Source: Candidatus Fermentibacterota bacterium
Lineage (GTDB): Bacteria; Fermentibacterota; Fermentibacteria; Fermentibacterales; JCC-6
Length of the DNA: 64,000 nucleotides
Reading direction: 5' to 3'
NCBI GenBank assembly: GCA_030592645.1
Contig: JAUVIR010000001.1
Coordinates: forward strand, 38,881-102,880
Under the pieces are notes generated by a model. The model did not search any database, was not told the DNA's origin, and saw only the letters and a list, made by a program, of their open reading frames with translations. Below, in pieces: positions 10,274 through 20,012 of the stretch (position 1 is its first letter; every line of letters begins with the position of its first letter). Both the position numbers and the translations under genes were made by a program.

Positions 10274-10422
10274 AAGACCTCCGGTGCCAAGTCCGCAGAA
10301 AAACTGTCCCTGCCGGACAAATAAAGTAATCGTATATTATCGTTCAACTGTATCCGGATAATACTACCAACGCGAACGGTCCGGTCAAGACCCGGATCGG
10401 ACCATGCAGTTCAGGAGGAACG

Positions 10423-11430
10423 ATGAAAATTCTTTTACTCTCCGGAGGGAAATCCGCCGAGCGCGAGGTTTCGATTGTTTCTGCCGCATTCGTTCAAAGT
10501 GTTCTTGAGCGATCAGGTCATAGTGTTATCCCTGTTAGTATTGATATGTATGGCCAGTGGTTCTCCGAAAATGATTCTCTTCTGATACACACCGGTCATC
10601 CAGTATGGAAACTGCTGCGGGGAGATTCTGTGATTGCTTTCGATGTCGTATTTCCCGTCCTTCACGGTCCATGGGGAGAAGATGGTTCAGTGCAGGGACT
10701 CTGCATGATAGCCGGATGGCCCTGCGCCGGTGCCGATATCATGACATCAGCCGTTGGAATGAACAAAATTACTGCGAAGGAACTTGTTTCATCACGGGGT
10801 ATTCCGGTTGTCCCCTGGAAAACCTTTACCGTTCAATCTCCTCCACACACCGAAGACCTCGCTTCAATGAGATATCCTCTTTTTGTAAAACCGGCAAGAA
10901 TGGGCTCAAGTGTTGGAATCTCGAGGATCGATTCGCCTGAATACCTAGGTGAAGCTGCTGAGATAGCATTCCGATTCGACAGCCTCATTCTTATCGAAAA
11001 CGGCATAGAGAAAGCAAGAGAGATCGAAGTAGCCCTGCTTTCTGAATCAGGCATAGTTTCATCTTCAGTTACCGGTGAGATACTTCCGGGCAGGCAGTGG
11101 TACGATTACACAGCAAAATACAGTTGCTCCGAATCGAAGCTGCTCATTCCAGCGCCTATCTCTGAAGATCTTTCGAAGGAGATAAGATCCTGCGCGGAAG
11201 AGTGTTTCTCCATTCTGGGCGGATCCGGGTTCGCAAGAGTGGATTTCCTTCTCGACAGAGATGATAAATACTATTTCAACGAATTGAATACTATTCCCGG
11301 TTTTACGGATATCAGCATGTTCCCGAGGCTCTGGGATGCGACAGGAGTCAGTCCTTCAGAAGTTATGAACAGGATACTTCAGGAAGCTCTCAGAAGGAAT
11401 TCCCCGAACATTGAAAGTTCAGTGAAATAG
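10423..11430 (+). CDS. ddl: D-alanine--D-alanine ligase.
   Basis: 335 aa with an ATP-grasp fold: 'GGKSAEREVSIVSA', 'HGPWGEDGSVQGL' and 'ARVDFLLDRDDKYYFNELNTIPGFT'. Confidence 0.9.
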   Translation: MKILLLSGGKSAEREVSIVSAAFVQSVLERSGHSVIPVSIDMYGQWFSENDSLLIHTGHPVWKLLRGDSVIAFDVVFPVLHGPWGEDGSVQGLCMIAGWPCAGADIMTSAVGMNKITAKELVSSRGIPVVPWKTFTVQSPPHTEDLASMRYPLFVKPARMGSSVGISRIDSPEYLGEAAEIAFRFDSLILIENGIEKAREIEVALLSESGIVSSSVTGEILPGRQWYDYTAKYSCSESKLLIPAPISEDLSKEIRSCAEECFSILGGSGFARVDFLLDRDDKYYFNELNTIPGFTDISMFPRLWDATGVSPSEVMNRILQEALRRNSPNIESSVK

Positions 11431-12467
11431 TGAGTAATATTAAAGTTGACCTCAGAAGTGATACCGTAAGCATACCGGACCATGCGATGAGGAATGCGAT
11501 GGCCAGGGCAGAGGTGGGTGACGATGTATTCGGTGAGGATCCGACCGTAAACCACCTGGAGAACATCGTTGCCGAAATGACCGGATTCGATAGAGCTGTG
11601 TTCATGCCCACCGGCACGATGTCCAACGGGGTGGCCATAAGAGCACTCACTTCTCCAGGTGATGAAGTGATCTGCGGCAGCAGGAGCCATGCATATTTAT
11701 ATGAAAGAGCACAGTACGCCATGCTTGGCGGTCTTCAGATGCACAGGATAGATGAGTCGGATAACGGCTGTATTCCGCCGGAAGAAATTGAAAAGGCACT
11801 CTCAAGAGGAGTGGATCAGCATTACGCACCTCGAACACTTGTCACTCTGGAAAACACTCAGAATGTCATGGGCGGTCTTGTTCTTCCGGAGAATGAAGTC
11901 CTTGCAATAACCGATATCTGCAGCAGGAAGGAGGTTTCCGTTTACCTTGACGGCGCAAGGGTGTGGCATGTTGTTTCCTCATCCGGTGAAAACCTCAGAA
12001 AAATACTTTCAGGTTACAGCATGGTTTCCATGTGCTTCTCCAAGGGTCTTGGATGTCCCGTTGGCTCAGTTCTCGTTTGTTCCGCGGAGTATGAGAGTAA
12101 AGTGCGTTTCCTGCGCAAGCAGCATGGGGGCGGAATGAGACAGGTCGGTATTCTTGCCGCAGCCTGTCTTTACGCCCTTGAGCATAACCTCCCAGTACTT
12201 TCCAGAACGCACCAGTACGCCCGGATCATTGCCAAAGGTATAGCCCGTTCACCTGTTCTGGAGATGCTGAATCCCCAACCGGATACCAACATTGTTATAG
12301 CAGAAACCCCGGAAGGCAAAGCAGAAATTATTGCTGATGCCCTTGCAAGCCTTGAAATAGGCTGCCTGGCACTATCACCATCAATGCTACGATTTGTTAC
12401 TCATCTTTCTCTTTCCGAACGGTCAGTTAAATATGCTGCCGATGTACTGTCGGCATTTGGAGGGTAA
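11430..12467 (+). CDS. ltaE: Low-specificity L-threonine aldolase (PLP-dependent).
   Basis: 'DLRSDTVS', 'GDDVFGEDPTVN' and 'MPTGTMSNGVAI' are hallmarks of threonine aldolase. It starts with GTG and overlaps the ddl stop by 1 nt. Confidence 0.85.
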   Translation: MSNIKVDLRSDTVSIPDHAMRNAMARAEVGDDVFGEDPTVNHLENIVAEMTGFDRAVFMPTGTMSNGVAIRALTSPGDEVICGSRSHAYLYERAQYAMLGGLQMHRIDESDNGCIPPEEIEKALSRGVDQHYAPRTLVTLENTQNVMGGLVLPENEVLAITDICSRKEVSVYLDGARVWHVVSSSGENLRKILSGYSMVSMCFSKGLGCPVGSVLVCSAEYESKVRFLRKQHGGGMRQVGILAAACLYALEHNLPVLSRTHQYARIIAKGIARSPVLEMLNPQPDTNIVIAETPEGKAEIIADALASLEIGCLALSPSMLRFVTHLSLSERSVKYAADVLSAFGG

Positions 12468-12468
12468 A

Positions 12469-13401
12469 ATGATCACTGGAGTTATTGGAACAGGGCATCT
12501 TGGTTACCATCACGCAAGGATTCTCGGAGGGATAACCGGCAGAACAGTTCCCATATTTGACACAGACACCGAAAGAATGAACAAGCTCGCATCCGAGCTT
12601 GATATCAGGCCATGCGGAAAACTGGATTCCCTTATTGAAGAATGTGACTCCGTTGTCGTAGCTTGTCCTACCTCCAGCCATTATCATGTTGTGCTCAAAG
12701 CCCTTAAAGCCGGTGTGCACGTTCTTGTGGAGAAACCCATATCTGCAACTACTGGTCAGGGACAGGAAATGGTTGATATGGCAGATGATATGAATCTCAT
12801 ACTTGCCGTAGGACATTCAGAACGATTTAATCCGGCCATACTAGCCGCCGCGGATTTGATCGATGATCCCCTTTTCGTGGAAGGTCACCGAATGGCTCCT
12901 TTCAATCCAAGAGGAACCGATGTATCCGTTGTACTCGATCTTATGATACATGATATTGATCTTGTGCTTTCATTTGTTCGCTCTCCTGTTGTTTCCGTTC
13001 AGGCTTCGGGTGTGCCTGTTTTAAGCGATAACGTTGATATTGCCAGCGCAAGGATACAGTTCGAAAACCGCTGCGTGGTTAACATGACCGCAAGCAGAAT
13101 ATCCAGAGAACAGGTCAGAAAACTCAGGTTTTTCCAGAACAGGAAGTACGTCTCAGTTGATTTTGCCGCAAGAAAAGTAGAAGCTTACAGAATGGTGGAT
13201 GGAAGAATTGAGCCTGTGCCGGTCACTGTATCGGAAGGTGACGCCTTAACGGCTGAGCTTAACGATTTCAGAATGTCATGCGAAACTGGCTGTGCTCCCA
13301 CTGTTTCCGGTCTTGATGGTCTGAATGCATTAAGATCTGCACAGATCATCTCAGGTAAGATACAGGAAGCGATGGAAGAGCTTCCCAGACCCTCAGAATG
13401 A
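12469..13401 (+). CDS. Gfo/Idh/MocA-family NAD(P)-dependent oxidoreductase, possibly a GnnA-like UDP-GlcNAc 3-dehydrogenase.
   Basis: The Rossmann motif 'ITGVIGTGHLGYHHA' and 'EKPISAT' (the EKP motif). An ATG at 12469 is preceded by GGAGG. The longer track ORF starting at 12394 overlaps ltaE, and the 12469 start is preferred. The gene sits immediately upstream of lpxB and overlaps it by 4 nt. Confidence 0.75.
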   Translation: MITGVIGTGHLGYHHARILGGITGRTVPIFDTDTERMNKLASELDIRPCGKLDSLIEECDSVVVACPTSSHYHVVLKALKAGVHVLVEKPISATTGQGQEMVDMADDMNLILAVGHSERFNPAILAAADLIDDPLFVEGHRMAPFNPRGTDVSVVLDLMIHDIDLVLSFVRSPVVSVQASGVPVLSDNVDIASARIQFENRCVVNMTASRISREQVRKLRFFQNRKYVSVDFAARKVEAYRMVDGRIEPVPVTVSEGDALTAELNDFRMSCETGCAPTVSGLDGLNALRSAQIISGKIQEAMEELPRPSE

Positions 13402-14495
13402 AAATAGTCATCTCAGCGGGAGACCCTTCAGGTGATATCCGCGGAGGGGAACTGCTTGAGGAACTTAAAAAGTCGACCTCTCTTGAAGTCTCAGGTCTTG
13501 GAGGCAGCAATATTGAAAAGGCCGGCGGCAGTGTACTGTTCAATCTGAGCGAGTATTCAGTAATGGGTTTCGCAGAAGTACTATCCTCACTTGCCAGATT
13601 CCGCAGACTTCGCCGCGAAATGAAATCACATATTCTTTCTGCCGATCCGGATATTCTGCTTCTTATTGATTATCCCGGTTTTAATATACCCCTCGCATGC
13701 TGGGCGAAGAGAAGAGGTTACCGCGTTATTTACTATATCTCACCACAACTCTGGGCATGGGGATTGAAGAGGGTCAGGAAAATACGAAGATCCGTTGATC
13801 TGATGATAACTCTTTTCCGGTTTGAAGTTGATTTTTACAGTAAATATGGTGTTACTGCCCGTTGTTCCGGCCACCCGCTGGCGGATTCGATCCCGGAGCC
13901 TCTTAAATCTCATCTTTCCGGAGAAATAGCTTTTCTCCCCGGAAGCCGCCGGCAGGAAGTTTCGCTGCTTCTTGAGCCCATGATAGATTCCTTTGTGATC
14001 CTGAGGGATGCCGGACTGGTTTTCGGCGCTGCTGTCGCGGTATCCCCCGATGTACCTGCAGAACTGTATGAACAGGCGGGGAAGGTGGAGGGTGTCAGGC
14101 TGGCCTCTTCGGTTGAGGATGCTCTTTCGAATGCCTCGGCAGCTGTAGTCTGCTCGGGTACAGCAACCCTTGAAACTGCCATGTGGGGAATTCCATTCAT
14201 AATCACCTATAGAACATCTCCCTTGACTTACTTCCTCGCAAGATTCCTTGTGAGGGGCGTTTCAAACATCGGAATGGCTAACATCGTGACGGGTGTGAAG
14301 ATCGCCCCGGAGCTTATTCAGAATGATGTATGCACTGAGAATATCGTCAAACATGTAAAACCGCTTCTTCAGGATACAGACACACGAAGAGAATCACTGA
14401 ATGGAATGAATCTTGTAAGGGAAGCACTTGGCTCCAGAGGATCCTCCGGAAGGGCAGCCAGATACATTCTGGAAGCTTTAGATGAGATCTCCTGA
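13398..14495 (+). CDS. lpxB: Lipid-A-disaccharide synthase.
   Basis: 'MKIVISAGDPSGDIRGGELLEEL' is the LpxB N-terminus. The protein is about 365 aa and has a GT19 fold. Confidence 0.9.
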   Translation: MKIVISAGDPSGDIRGGELLEELKKSTSLEVSGLGGSNIEKAGGSVLFNLSEYSVMGFAEVLSSLARFRRLRREMKSHILSADPDILLLIDYPGFNIPLACWAKRRGYRVIYYISPQLWAWGLKRVRKIRRSVDLMITLFRFEVDFYSKYGVTARCSGHPLADSIPEPLKSHLSGEIAFLPGSRRQEVSLLLEPMIDSFVILRDAGLVFGAAVAVSPDVPAELYEQAGKVEGVRLASSVEDALSNASAAVVCSGTATLETAMWGIPFIITYRTSPLTYFLARFLVRGVSNIGMANIVTGVKIAPELIQNDVCTENIVKHVKPLLQDTDTRRESLNGMNLVREALGSRGSSGRAARYILEALDEIS

Positions 14496-16356
14496 CCTGC
14501 TCAGCTTATCGAGGGGATTGGGACGGATAGTCCTGAGGCTTTGCGGTCTCTCCTGGCGCGTACGTTACGTCAGGTTCGCTCCCTTTCGAGCAGGCAGAGC
14601 CAGAAGCAAGCCGGCGCTCTTCGCGTTCTGGCACGGCAGACAGCTGCCGCTTATACATACTCACAGAAACGAGGATGTAAGCGTACTTGTAAGCCGGAAC
14701 AGAGATGGTCAGTACGCAGCCAATGTACTTCATTCCATGGGTTTTCATACTGTAAGAGGATCCAGTTCAAGAGGCGGATTTGAAGCCGTTCGATCGATGG
14801 CAATCGTTCTACGGAACGGATTCGACGCCGCTGTCACACCTGATGGCCCAAGAGGTCCTGCAGAAAGCGTTAAAAGCGGTCTTGCTCATATATCAAGGCT
14901 TGGAAATAGACCACTGATACCGATAGGTGCTTCAGCCTGGCCTGCAATTCGCCTTGCTTCATGGGACCGTTATCTTCTGCCACTTCCATTCGCACGCGTT
15001 GGGATCGTAGAGGGAAGGCCAATTCCCGCAATGAAAAGGGAGGATGATCCGCAGCACTGGAAGAATAGGGTAGAGACCGAACTGAACAGGGTAACAGCAT
15101 ACGCTGATATGCTCGCATCGCCTTCCGCGATGTTTTTCACCCGTATTCTTAGAATAACTGGAGCATTACTGCATCCGCTTGCATCGATCGCACTGCTGTT
15201 CAGACCAAAGCGTGAGAAGATGGAAAGAAAAGGGATCGTCCAGCCGACAAAGAGCAATCCTGTATGGATGCACGGTTCATCGCTTGGCGAATTGAACGGT
15301 CTTATGCCGTACGCTGAATACCTAAAAAGAAACGGCATTCCTGTATGGATAACCTGTTTTACACCATCCGGACGATCATTCATCGAAGGAATAGGCCTTC
15401 CGGGAAGCTATATTCCGCTTGATGTTCGAAATTATGCTGAACGATTCATCCGTAGGATAAAACCAAGAGCATTTATCCTTGCTGAAACAGAAATATGGCC
15501 TGTCACCATCCTCAACGTTCTTAAGACGGGAGTTCCGTGCATGATGATAAACGGCAGACTCTCACCAAAAAGTCTCAGGGGGTTCAGACTTATGGGGTCC
15601 CTTCCCGCAAAAATGCTCTCCTGCTTTGCCGGTATTCTGGCAAGAAGCGATGAGGACAGCAAAAGATTCCTCCAAATGGGTATAGACAATAGGATTGTAA
15701 AAACCTCAGGAGATTCCAAATTTCTGGCAGACCGAGGTGATCCCCCGACGCAATGGCGCGAAGTATTCAATACCGACAAGCCCGTATTTGTGGCCGGCTC
15801 CACAAGAAACAATGAAGAAGATATCCTTCTCAAAGCTGCCAGATCAGCAGATTACTTCCCTCTGATAGTACCGCGTCATCTCGATAGAATAGATGATGTA
15901 TGGGAAATAATGCTCCGGAATGGATATTCTCCGGTTAAATGGTCGAAGCTTACCGGATCAACTGGCGAAACTCTTGATTTCGACAGTATTTTAGTAGATG
16001 TTCATGGAGTACTTGCTCAGATGTACGGTGCGGGTGATGCTGCTTTCGTTGGCGGTACTCTTGTTCCTGTTGGAGGGCACAATGTTCTTGAACCTGTTAT
16101 GCGGGGCATACCGGTAATTATCGGTCCCCATCATAGCAGCTTTACTGAAGCGGTAACCAGTATGACTGAACTGGGAATAGCCCATATCGTCTCATCACAG
16201 GAAGAGATAGCTGACGTACTTGTCATGCTGCGCAATAGTCCATTAAAGAGAAGAGATGTCGTTGACGGATTTGATCGCATGAAGGGAAATATGCTTGACG
16301 ATTTCAAGGGATTGATCCGGCGATCCGGATTGATTGAACAGGAAATAAACCTGTGA
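14482..16356 (+). CDS. waaA: Fusion protein with an N-terminal DUF374 domain (lysophospholipid-acyltransferase-like) and a C-terminal 3-deoxy-D-manno-octulosonic acid (Kdo) transferase.
   Basis: The N-terminal roughly 230 aa carry 'FWHGRQLPLI...SRNRDGQ...VTPDGPRGP' (DUF374). The remainder has 'VWMHGSSLGELNGLMPYAEYLKRNGIPVWITCFTPSG' and 'FVGGTLVPVGGHNVLEP' (KdtA/GT30). Confidence 0.85.
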   Translation: MRSPDLLSLSRGLGRIVLRLCGLSWRVRYVRFAPFRAGRARSKPALFAFWHGRQLPLIHTHRNEDVSVLVSRNRDGQYAANVLHSMGFHTVRGSSSRGGFEAVRSMAIVLRNGFDAAVTPDGPRGPAESVKSGLAHISRLGNRPLIPIGASAWPAIRLASWDRYLLPLPFARVGIVEGRPIPAMKREDDPQHWKNRVETELNRVTAYADMLASPSAMFFTRILRITGALLHPLASIALLFRPKREKMERKGIVQPTKSNPVWMHGSSLGELNGLMPYAEYLKRNGIPVWITCFTPSGRSFIEGIGLPGSYIPLDVRNYAERFIRRIKPRAFILAETEIWPVTILNVLKTGVPCMMINGRLSPKSLRGFRLMGSLPAKMLSCFAGILARSDEDSKRFLQMGIDNRIVKTSGDSKFLADRGDPPTQWREVFNTDKPVFVAGSTRNNEEDILLKAARSADYFPLIVPRHLDRIDDVWEIMLRNGYSPVKWSKLTGSTGETLDFDSILVDVHGVLAQMYGAGDAAFVGGTLVPVGGHNVLEPVMRGIPVIIGPHHSSFTEAVTSMTELGIAHIVSSQEEIADVLVMLRNSPLKRRDVVDGFDRMKGNMLDDFKGLIRRSGLIEQEINL

Positions 16357-17456
16357 AAAGACCTGACATACTCTTTCGGAGGATAGTTTCCAGGGAGGGT
16401 GCTTACGCATGGGCGGGATGGTGTCTTATGCCATTCGGGTGGCTTTACGGTCTGATTGCCTCCATCAGGCGGAGATGGTACGAGTCTGGAGATAGACAGT
16501 TTCGCCTTCCTGTACCTGTTATCAGTGTTGGAAACATAGAAGTCGGCGGTACCGGGAAAACACCGGTTACAATATGGCTTGCCAATCGTATAGCGGGAAT
16601 GGGCTATACAGTGTCAGTTGTAGCGCGGAATTTCGGACAACGTACAAATGCCTGCAGAGTAAGGCTGGACAATGACGATGTCAGGAGTAATTTCACCGAT
16701 GAAGTTCTTCTCCTTGCTGAGAGCCTTCTCGGCAGAAGCAGTGTTTACTCGGGGCGATCGAAAACAGAGGCGGCTACAAAAGCCTATCGTGGAGAAAAGC
16801 CGGACATAATAATAATTGATGACGGTTTTCAGCACCTCCAGCTTTACCGCGATATAGAGCTGGTCGTCCTCGATTTTGCGAGCCCTTTCGGACAGGGAGG
16901 TATACTCCCGTCTGGAACCCTGAGGGAGTTTCCCTCCGTTATTTCACGAGCAGATCACATCTGGATAAACCGGATACCATCTGGTATGTCGGCGGAATGG
17001 ATCAGGAGAAGAGTATCGGATTACAACTGGAAAGCTCCCGTACAATTCAGCAGGGTGAAACATACGGGAGTCAGGCTTGTAAACGGAAAAGTGCTGTCCG
17101 GTATTCCACAGAGAACTGTTCTCGCTTTCTGCGGAATCGGAAAACCGGAAAGCTTCCGCAATTCGCTTGAAGAAGCAGGGTTCAGGGTTGAAGGTCTTGA
17201 GGTGTTCCCCGATCACCATATTTATTCTAAAGATGATATAGAACGTTTAACTTCGATCATGGAAATAACCGGCGGATCTGCTCTTATAACAACTGCAAAG
17301 GATGCCGTTAAACTTTACGGCATACCGGGAACAGGAGATATTCTGGTGCAGAACATGAACCTTGATGTTGAGGGGGCTCTTCCGGAACTCATGAATGATA
17401 TTCAGAACTGCATAGATCTATACAAAAAACGGAAAAGGAAATCAGAAGAAGTATGA
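16353..17456 (+). CDS. lpxK: Tetraacyldisaccharide 4'-kinase.
   Basis: 'VISVGNIEVGGTGKTPVTIWLA' is the P-loop. The protein is about 367 aa. Confidence 0.9.
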   Translation: MKRPDILFRRIVSREGAYAWAGWCLMPFGWLYGLIASIRRRWYESGDRQFRLPVPVISVGNIEVGGTGKTPVTIWLANRIAGMGYTVSVVARNFGQRTNACRVRLDNDDVRSNFTDEVLLLAESLLGRSSVYSGRSKTEAATKAYRGEKPDIIIIDDGFQHLQLYRDIELVVLDFASPFGQGGILPSGTLREFPSVISRADHIWINRIPSGMSAEWIRRRVSDYNWKAPVQFSRVKHTGVRLVNGKVLSGIPQRTVLAFCGIGKPESFRNSLEEAGFRVEGLEVFPDHHIYSKDDIERLTSIMEITGGSALITTAKDAVKLYGIPGTGDILVQNMNLDVEGALPELMNDIQNCIDLYKKRKRKSEEV

Positions 17457-19048
17457 GTAATGGTGTCATAGAAACCGATGTTCTTATTCTTGGCGCAGGT
17501 ATGGCTGGTCTTACATGCGCACTCTCCCTTCCTTCCGAACTTGAGATTCTTCTCGTGAGCAAGATGCCAATGCCTACAGGAAGCACTTATCTTGCCCAGG
17601 GAGGACTTGCCGCGGCAATTTCAGAAGATGACAGTTTTAAACTGCATCTGGAGGATACAATAAACGCAGGAGGAGGACTGGTAAACGAAGAAGCGGCAAT
17701 AGACATAATATCAGCAGGTCCGCGTCTTGTTCGGCAACTTTCCAGCTGGGGAGTTAACCTCGAGGGTTCATTCGGAAAGGGAAAGAGCGGTATAGAGGGA
17801 GGACACAGTGTCAGGCGCGTACTTCATCATAAGGACAGGACAGGAAGGCTCATAAGCGAGGTGCTAAGCGAATGCAGCCTTGAACGCGGGAATATAACTG
17901 TAATGGAAGGCGCATTCGCAGTTAACCTTCTTACAGCATCAAGAGAGATGCCTGAACTTGTTGAAAATGCTGTTGACAGATGCATAGGAGCGCACATCCT
18001 TCAGAATGGCACGATTCTTACAGTTCTCGCAGGAGAAACGGTCATCGCTACAGGCGGTTCAGGAAAAGTATACAGGTACACTTCAAACCAGGATTCCTCC
18101 ACAGGAGACGGAATAGCGATGGCTTACCGTGCTGGTCTTCCAATAATAAATATGGAATTCTACCAGTTTCACCCTACCTGTCTGTTTCACCCGGATAAAC
18201 GTAATTTTCTTATTACAGAGGCGCTCAGAGGAGAGGGAGCGGTTCTTCTCAACCTCGAGGGTGAGCGGTTCATGGAGAATTACGATCCCCAAAGAATGGA
18301 ACTGGCACCGCGGGATATAGTCGCAAGGGCTATTGATTCGGAAATGAAGAGACTGGGTAACGATCACGTTCTTCTGGATGCAACTCACCTGGGCAGGGAA
18401 AAACTGACCATCTCTTTTCCAGAAGTCACCAATGGTGTAACTTCTGTAGGCATCATTCCGTGGGAAGAGCCCATACCTGTTGTTCCAGCTGCCCATTACA
18501 CAGTTGGCGGGATCGATGCACAAACAGACGGCAAAACAGCCATGAACGGCCTCAGAGCAATAGGTGAGGCATCCTGTACCGGATTTCATGGTGCCAACAG
18601 ATTGGGAAGCAACAGTCTTCTTGAAGCCGGTGTTATGGGGCTTAAAGCAGCTGATTCTATTCCTGGAACGCTCATGGATCCCGATTCATTCCATGCAAGG
18701 GACTGGTCCTTCGGCAGAGCTGAACCACTTATGGAAAACGTACTTGTGGATTACGCATGGTCAGCCCTCAGAAACGTCATGTGGGATTATGTCGGAATAG
18801 TCCGGTCTGACAGAAGGCTTCATCGGGCCCTTCGCATAATAGATGTTCTTGCAGGCGAGATAGAGGCGGATTACTGGACCATGCTCCCGGTAATCGGATT
18901 GCTGGAACTGCGTAACATCTGCACTGTCGGCAGGATCATTGTTAAGTCCGCATTACGCAGGCGAGAGAGCAGAGGTCTGCATTTCAGCCTGGATTGTCCA
19001 GAGACAAAACAACCCCCCAGAGATACCGTTATTAAGCTCATGTTATGA
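17453..19048 (+). CDS. nadB: L-aspartate oxidase.
   Basis: The FAD motif 'DVLILGAGMAGLTCA' and 'FHPTCLF'. 'RESRGLHF' in the C-terminal region is characteristic of NadB and the succinate-dehydrogenase flavoprotein family. Confidence 0.9.
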   Translation: MSNGVIETDVLILGAGMAGLTCALSLPSELEILLVSKMPMPTGSTYLAQGGLAAAISEDDSFKLHLEDTINAGGGLVNEEAAIDIISAGPRLVRQLSSWGVNLEGSFGKGKSGIEGGHSVRRVLHHKDRTGRLISEVLSECSLERGNITVMEGAFAVNLLTASREMPELVENAVDRCIGAHILQNGTILTVLAGETVIATGGSGKVYRYTSNQDSSTGDGIAMAYRAGLPIINMEFYQFHPTCLFHPDKRNFLITEALRGEGAVLLNLEGERFMENYDPQRMELAPRDIVARAIDSEMKRLGNDHVLLDATHLGREKLTISFPEVTNGVTSVGIIPWEEPIPVVPAAHYTVGGIDAQTDGKTAMNGLRAIGEASCTGFHGANRLGSNSLLEAGVMGLKAADSIPGTLMDPDSFHARDWSFGRAEPLMENVLVDYAWSALRNVMWDYVGIVRSDRRLHRALRIIDVLAGEIEADYWTMLPVIGLLELRNICTVGRIIVKSALRRRESRGLHFSLDCPETKQPPRDTVIKLML

Positions 19049-19560
19049 AAAAGACGTATTACTATCTATTCCCGTCAGCCCTGGCACTGCTTCTTTCTTC
19101 CTGCGGCTCAACACCGGTCTACAGGGGGGAGGGTATACATTGCACGGGGGGGGAATGGTCGGAGATAAGCTCATCGGGAGGCAGCCCGACAACTTCAACT
19201 GACAATGCAATGATGAATGAGATCGAATCGTGGATGGGAACACCTTACCTTTACGGTGGTGAGAGCCGTAATGGAGTTGACTGCTCTGCATTCACACAGG
19301 CGGTTTATCATGCGGTAAGTATCGATATTCCAAGAACAGCAAGTCAGCAATCCGCCGCTTCCGAGTCAGTAAACCCGCCGGATCTGCAGTTCGGAGATCT
19401 TATTTTCTTCAACACTTCCGGATCCGGTATATCACACGTAGGTATATACATAGGTAACGGTTTCTTTGCTCATGCTTCGTCAAGTAGAGGTGTCGTGAAG
19501 GAATCACTCGCCAAACAGTACTACGCGGACAGGATAGTATCTGTGGGAAGGTTCATGTAA
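19045..19560 (+). CDS. NlpC/P60 (C40) family peptidoglycan endopeptidase lipoprotein.
   Basis: A lipobox 'LLLSSCGS', the catalytic Cys in 'GVDCSAFTQAVY', and the His in 'SGISHVGIYIGNG'. Confidence 0.85.
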   Translation: MKKTYYYLFPSALALLLSSCGSTPVYRGEGIHCTGGEWSEISSSGGSPTTSTDNAMMNEIESWMGTPYLYGGESRNGVDCSAFTQAVYHAVSIDIPRTASQQSAASESVNPPDLQFGDLIFFNTSGSGISHVGIYIGNGFFAHASSSRGVVKESLAKQYYADRIVSVGRFM

Positions 19561-19997
19561 TGACATTCTTATTCTGCTTTATTCTGGCGTCAGGCGCTGT
19601 ATTTCCTTCGCAGTTCACACATGTTGAAGGCTTCATGGACCTTGATGATTCAGCAACACCAACAAGATTCGGGCTTCTGCTTGTAGCAGGAGAGGATTCC
19701 GCAGCCAATACACAGATGGCGCAATTGATTCTGGCAGCAACGGACAGCCTCCCTGATAATGCTTCTGCAGATCTGTATGTGGTAACAATTGATGAGCCGG
19801 GTTACCCGGATATTGCAGCACTATGCGGTGAGTACGAAGGGTATCCCGCGACCCTGATTCTTGTCGGTCACTGCGGTTTTATTGAACTGGACCCCTGTTT
19901 TCTCGCCATGGAGATAATCGATGCATGGTATACGTGGGGCAGCCCGGATTCAAGAAGAACAGGTATCTGCAATTTCTGCCGGAGATGCAATCCATAA
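19560..19997 (+). CDS. Hypothetical secreted protein.
   Basis: An N-terminal signal peptide. It overlaps the nlpC stop by 1 nt. I recognise no family. Confidence 0.4.
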   Translation: MTFLFCFILASGAVFPSQFTHVEGFMDLDDSATPTRFGLLLVAGEDSAANTQMAQLILAATDSLPDNASADLYVVTIDEPGYPDIAALCGEYEGYPATLILVGHCGFIELDPCFLAMEIIDAWYTWGSPDSRRTGICNFCRRCNP

Positions 19998-20012
19998 CAA
20001 AAAGGAAATAGT

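Noticed and set aside
10605-10940. A 111-aa Cys/Arg-rich ORF in an alternative frame of ddl.
   Set aside because: It is embedded in the strongly supported ddl frame. The compositionally odd translation is typical of an out-of-frame artefact.
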